DNA of 30,442 nt, from positions 1 to 30,442 of the IMG/VR virus record IMGVR_UViG_3300042315_000379; one strand, written 5' to 3'. The DNA comes from a virus. Lineage: Duplodnaviria; Caudoviricetes. Made by a program: the position numbers and the translations under genes. Under the pieces are notes generated by a model, which was given only the letters and a program-made list of their open reading frames with translations, searched no databases and had not been told where the DNA came from. Of this stretch, positions 27,246 to 30,442 are shown piece after piece. Position 1 is the stretch's first letter, and the number at the start of each line of letters is the position of its first letter.

Positions 27246-28313
27246 TCAGATGCCTTGGAGTTGCGAACGCCTTGGATGCTGGTCGAGCGGCAAGCCACAC
27301 CGGAGCGCGGTTGCGAATCCGTATGCGCGGATCTCGCCACGGCAAGCGGCCAGCAGATTGACCAGCCAGTCCAACGCGCCGGATGCAACAGCCGCTTCGG
27401 GATCGGCGGCGGTCTCACGCTTGGCCACACGCAGGGCGGCGTGGCAGAGAGCCTGTTGGCTGGCCGGATCGATCGGCACATCGCCGCCGTTGCGGACGGC
27501 GTTGAGCTGTGGCAAGAGGTCGCCGACCAGCTTGATGAAGGCGAAGGCCGCACGGCCAGCCGACTCGCCGACAAAGCCTTCTAATGTCAGCGCGACCAGC
27601 CCATCGGGCAAGTCATCGATGGTCGCACGGCACGCCGCTTCCCATTGCCTTGGACATGGATGCGGTGAGCCGTCCCACGGCGATGGCACATCCGGATTGA
27701 AGTGATCCACGCCGTGCTGGTCGCCGCCTTGGAACTTGAGGAATGTGTAGACAGGCGATTCCGCCAGCCCTTGGCCAGCCGCCCAGTCGAGCCACTCGTC
27801 GAGCGTTGGCTCGACCTGTACCGACAGACAGCGTTCGACAAACGGCGCGGTCGGAATGGCGGAGCGCGTCCCATCGGAGCGGCGGTTTCCGGTCACGACG
27901 ATGCGGACATTTTTTCCAAGGGCGTGCGTGCCGATCATCGGCTGGCCGTTTGGATTGAAAAGAGAACGGCAAAGGCTTTGCACGCTGGAATCCCATTCCG
28001 GATACTCGTCCAGCACAAGCAAGACTTTGCGGTCGCCGACACGCTTGGCCGTGGGCCATGACTCCGGTGCGCTGAACCAGCCGTCACGGCTTACGGGATC
28101 CGGAATCAGGTAGCCAGCCGCTTCTTGCGGGCCAGCTCCGGAAAGGTTGACTTCCCACACTTCATCGAAGCCCAAAGCGGGCGCGATGAGGGATTTCGGG
28201 ATCGTGGTCTTGCCGATGCCGCCCTTGCCGTACATGGCGAAGAATCGGTTCGATGCGAATGCGATGCTGGCCAAGTCGGCGAGCTGATTGGTAGTTGCTT
28301 TGGGCAATTTCAT
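27246..28313 (-). CDS. MoxR-like AAA+ ATPase
   Basis: Walker A GKGGIGKT, Walker B LLVLDE, sensor-1 VVTGNR, arginine finger region FVER, later PCPRQWE; linked to a vWA gene. Confidence 0.88.
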   Translation of the reverse strand: MKLPKATTNQLADLASIAFASNRFFAMYGKGGIGKTTIPKSLIAPALGFDEVWEVNLSGAGPQEAAGYLIPDPVSRDGWFSAPESWPTAKRVGDRKVLLVLDEYPEWDSSVQSLCRSLFNPNGQPMIGTHALGKNVRIVVTGNRRSDGTRSAIPTAPFVERCLSVQVEPTLDEWLDWAAGQGLAESPVYTFLKFQGGDQHGVDHFNPDVPSPWDGSPHPCPRQWEAACRATIDDLPDGLVALTLEGFVGESAGRAAFAFIKLVGDLLPQLNAVRNGGDVPIDPASQQALCHAALRVAKRETAADPEAAVASGALDWLVNLLAACRGEIRAYGFATALRCGLPLDQHPRRSQLQGI

Positions 28314-28355
28314 GTCTTTGTTTTTCTGTGTTGGAGTTAATTAAGTCAAACGATG

Positions 28356-28401
28356 TGCCGCCACTTTACAGGCGGACGGCGTGCCGTCAATGTTATTTTC
28401 T
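28356..28401 (-). promoter_or_regulatory. 46-bp direct repeat copy 2, containing promoter TTGACG-16-TAAAGT
   Basis: Identical to 27160-27205. Confidence 0.85.
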
Positions 28402-28417
28402 CGATTTCTTTTTCCGT

Positions 28418-28434
28418 TAGTGCGGGCCGCACTA
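28418..28434. repeat. 17-bp palindrome, copy 2
   Basis: Exact copy; supplies the TAG stop of the upstream ORF. Confidence 0.95.
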
Positions 28435-28905
28435 GCAGGAACGAATGGCCAGCGACTCATGCGCTCCGGCAAGGGAATCCCCACACCCGCAGTTGCACTT
28501 GGCGCGGCGGTAATTGACGCGCCCATCGCGGATAAAGGCCGCGAGATCGGCGTGCGCGATGCGAGTGAACGCGCCGGACTCGAAGATGATTTCGACGAAT
28601 CCGCCGTGATCCATCACGCTCGAAATGATCTCCGGCGATTCGAAAGCCGGATAGCCGAAAGCCGGATAGCCGTGCCATACCCATTTGCCTTCGCAATAGG
28701 CGACGAAGTCGATGATGTCGGCGGCCTTTGCGGCTTTGACAAAGGCGGCGTCACTTGCCGCTTTGCGGGCGGCTTTGATCTCCGCCAATAGGGCGAGCGC
28801 GTCTTGCAAATCCTCATCGGATGCCATCGGGTGGGTGAGCGAGAGCAGGGCTTGATGCAGGGCTGGCGCGAAGTCGGCCAGCGTTTTCGGTGTATTGGTT
28901 TTCAT
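28432..28905 (-). CDS. Hypothetical protein (157 aa) with C-terminal CNCGC...HE...C
   Basis: Start taken at MKTNTP (28905); contains a GYPAF tandem duplication. Confidence 0.72.
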   Translation of the reverse strand: MKTNTPKTLADFAPALHQALLSLTHPMASDEDLQDALALLAEIKAARKAASDAAFVKAAKAADIIDFVAYCEGKWVWHGYPAFGYPAFESPEIISSVMDHGGFVEIIFESGAFTRIAHADLAAFIRDGRVNYRRAKCNCGCGDSLAGAHESLAIRSC

Positions 28906-28907
28906 GT

Positions 28908-29054
28908 TTATAGGATTGCGGTTGTGATTGAGTAAGCGGCGAGCCATAGGGTGGCGGCGGTGAGGATGAAGGTGATGCCGATCCGGATGTCACTCCATCG
29001 AATGAGTGAGTGATTCCGGCGGCGGTTGCGGTTTGTCGGTGGTTTTGGGTTCAT
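28908..29054 (-). CDS. Small membrane protein (48 aa): basic N-terminus plus hydrophobic helix
   Basis: Read manually: MNPKPPTNRNRRRNHSLIRWSDIRIGITFILTAATLWLAAYSITTAIL; stop 2 nt before the next ATG. Confidence 0.55.
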   Translation of the reverse strand: MNPKPPTNRNRRRNHSLIRWSDIRIGITFILTAATLWLAAYSITTAIL

Positions 29055-29085
29055 GGATTCAATGTGTGGGGTTGGAGTGTGCCAC

Positions 29086-29102
29086 TAGTGCGGGCCGCAC
29101 TA
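29086..29102. repeat. 17-bp palindrome, copy 3
   Basis: Exact copy (extends to CTAG...CTAG); supplies the TAG stop of the upstream ORF. Confidence 0.95.
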
Positions 29103-29327
29103 GCGAATAAGGCCAAAGCCTTTGACTTCATCGTGGGTCAGCAGGATGCCAAACTTCCATTGCCGCTTTTGCTCCGGCGTGGCCCATCGGCCCACGATCG
29201 CCCATCGGTGACGCTTGCCGTTTGCGGGCGTTGGAAGGTTGTAAGCCGGAGCCGTGCGGGTTCCTGCCGGTATCGTGATTTGCGCTCCGGAAATGTCGGA
29301 GATTGTGAGGCGTGTTGCGGTTTTCAT
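29100..29327 (-). CDS. Hypothetical protein (75 aa)
   Basis: A-rich leader; bounded by palindrome copies 3 and 4. Confidence 0.7.
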   Translation of the reverse strand: MKTATRLTISDISGAQITIPAGTRTAPAYNLPTPANGKRHRWAIVGRWATPEQKRQWKFGILLTHDEVKGFGLIR

Positions 29328-29358
29328 GGTTTACTTTTCTTTTTATGGTTTGGGGTGT

Positions 29359-29385
29359 GCCACTAGTGCGGGTTGCACTAGTGGC
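29359..29385. repeat. Palindrome copy 4 (variant, extended): GCCACTAGTGC-GGGTT-GCACTAGTGGC
   Basis: 11-bp perfect arms; the core differs from the others by CC>TT. Confidence 0.9.
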
Positions 29386-29396
29386 TTGGAGGGTGA

Positions 29397-29957
29397 TCAG
29401 CCGATGACTGGTTCGATGAAATTCCACAGGCGGCTCCGTGCATCTGTCAAGCCCGCAATTTCGAGAGCGTCCGCGATGACTTCCACTTCGACGCTCTTAA
29501 GCAGGGCGGCCAGCGTTTCGGCGGTGTGGCCGCCTGTTCCATCGACGAGCAGAGTGGGTGTGTCGTCGTCGTCGTCGTCCGGTTCGACTGGCGGCTCCGG
29601 AGCCTTTGGAGCCTTCTCCGGCTTGGCTTCGAGAGCGGCGGTGAGCAGGGCGTCAGCCGTCTTGAGATGGCCAGCATCGGAACGCTTGCCGCGAAGGCGG
29701 ATCCCGCACTCCGTAAGCGTTCTGGAAATCGTCGATGGAGCGCACGCCGATCCGATGGCTTCCTTCACGATCGCGGCGATGTCGCGATCAGCAATCTTCG
29801 CCTTTGTGAGGATCGCGACTTGCTCGCGGATGAAGCGTGCCATCGACGCCTTGATGGTCACGATCGCCACGATGGACTCGCCCGCCCTTTCGGTGATGGC
29901 GGCGGAAACCGATGCGATGAGTTCTTGCTGGGCGGTGTTGTAATTTTCAGTCTTCAT
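29397..29957 (-). CDS. Hypothetical protein (186 aa) with possible HTH-like segment and acidic linker
   Basis: Start at MKTENY after the (AAC)9 tract; contains APSTISRTLTECGIRLRGKRSD and a poly-Asp linker. Confidence 0.72.
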   Translation of the reverse strand: MKTENYNTAQQELIASVSAAITERAGESIVAIVTIKASMARFIREQVAILTKAKIADRDIAAIVKEAIGSACAPSTISRTLTECGIRLRGKRSDAGHLKTADALLTAALEAKPEKAPKAPEPPVEPDDDDDDTPTLLVDGTGGHTAETLAALLKSVEVEVIADALEIAGLTDARSRLWNFIEPVIG

Positions 29958-29984
29958 GTTGTTGTTGTTGTTGTTGTTGTTGTT
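29958..29984 (-). repeat. (AAC)9 microsatellite directly before the ATG
   Basis: Nine perfect GTT units on the + strand. Confidence 0.95.
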
Positions 29985-30085
29985 GATCGGAGGCATCATC
30001 GCCTCTCAATTATCCATTGCAGGACAGCTTGTCCGACTGGTTCCTTTTCTTGATAAATACAGGGAAAGCGGCGGGGCGGAGCCGT

Positions 30086-30102
30086 TAGTGCGGGCCGCAC
30101 TA
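30086..30102. repeat. 17-bp palindrome, copy 5
   Basis: Exact copy upstream of the first leftward ORF. Confidence 0.95.
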
Positions 30103-30127
30103 GTGGGAGCCATCGGACAGGCGGAGT

Positions 30128-30200
30128 GAAACCGGAGCCGTGCGACCGGAAGCGGGGCGGAGTGATACCGGAAACCGGAGCCGTGCGACCGGAAGCGGGG
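30128..30200 (+). repeat. 30-bp direct repeat GAAACCGGAGCCGTGCGACCGGAAGCGGGG, two copies
   Basis: Copies at 30128-30157 and 30171-30200 in a purine-skewed region with no convincing ORF. Confidence 0.92.
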
Positions 30201-30442
30201 AGCAGGAAACCGGATGCAGGAAACAGGGCACAAGCGGGAATGCATCAACGGCAAGTCACCCACGGCGCGGCGGAGCTTGTGCCGTGATCCATGAATCCGG
30301 AAGCAGGATCCGGTCGCCCCTTATCCAATGCGTCACCGATCCAGAAGCCGGAGCCGCTGGAAAAGCCATAAGTTGTTGAGTTTCAATGAGTAGCCGACTC
30401 CTGATTACAGGTATAGTAACAAGTACAGAGCCGACACGCCAC

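Noticed and set aside
27222-30102. Palindrome array as CRISPR or classical integron attC sites
   Set aside because: Spacing is 278-1196 bp and contains whole genes; no cas or integrase gene is in the window; the 17-bp unit is too short for attC architecture.

Overview
This window is a fragment of a tailed dsDNA phage genome, probably podovirus-like, in three blocks. (1) 1-4.95 kb, leftward: tRNA-Thr(TGT), a DUF5664-like nucleotide pyrophosphohydrolase, an SF2 helicase, a RuvC-like resolvase and an HTH protein that may be TerS. (2) 5.0-21.5 kb, rightward: the terminase large subunit, a perfect 27-bp inverted repeat, a small basic protein and three probable ejection/internal virion proteins. 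The last is a 4109-aa polyvalent protein with two zincin-like modules, a HhH-glycosylase-like module, a GNAT-like module and several beta-clamp-like peptides. The glycosylase-like and GNAT-like modules are bounded by a repeated junction motif. (3) 21.5-30.4 kb, leftward after a bidirectional terminator: an early-type region of small ORFs, a DnaA-C-like HTH and a MoxR-AAA / partner / peptidase-vWA trio. It is punctuated by five copies of a 17-bp palindrome, a duplicated 46-bp promoter and A/C-rich leaders without Shine-Dalgarno sites. No capsid, portal, tail, integrase or polymerase gene is recognisable. All family calls come from motifs read by eye, with no database search.
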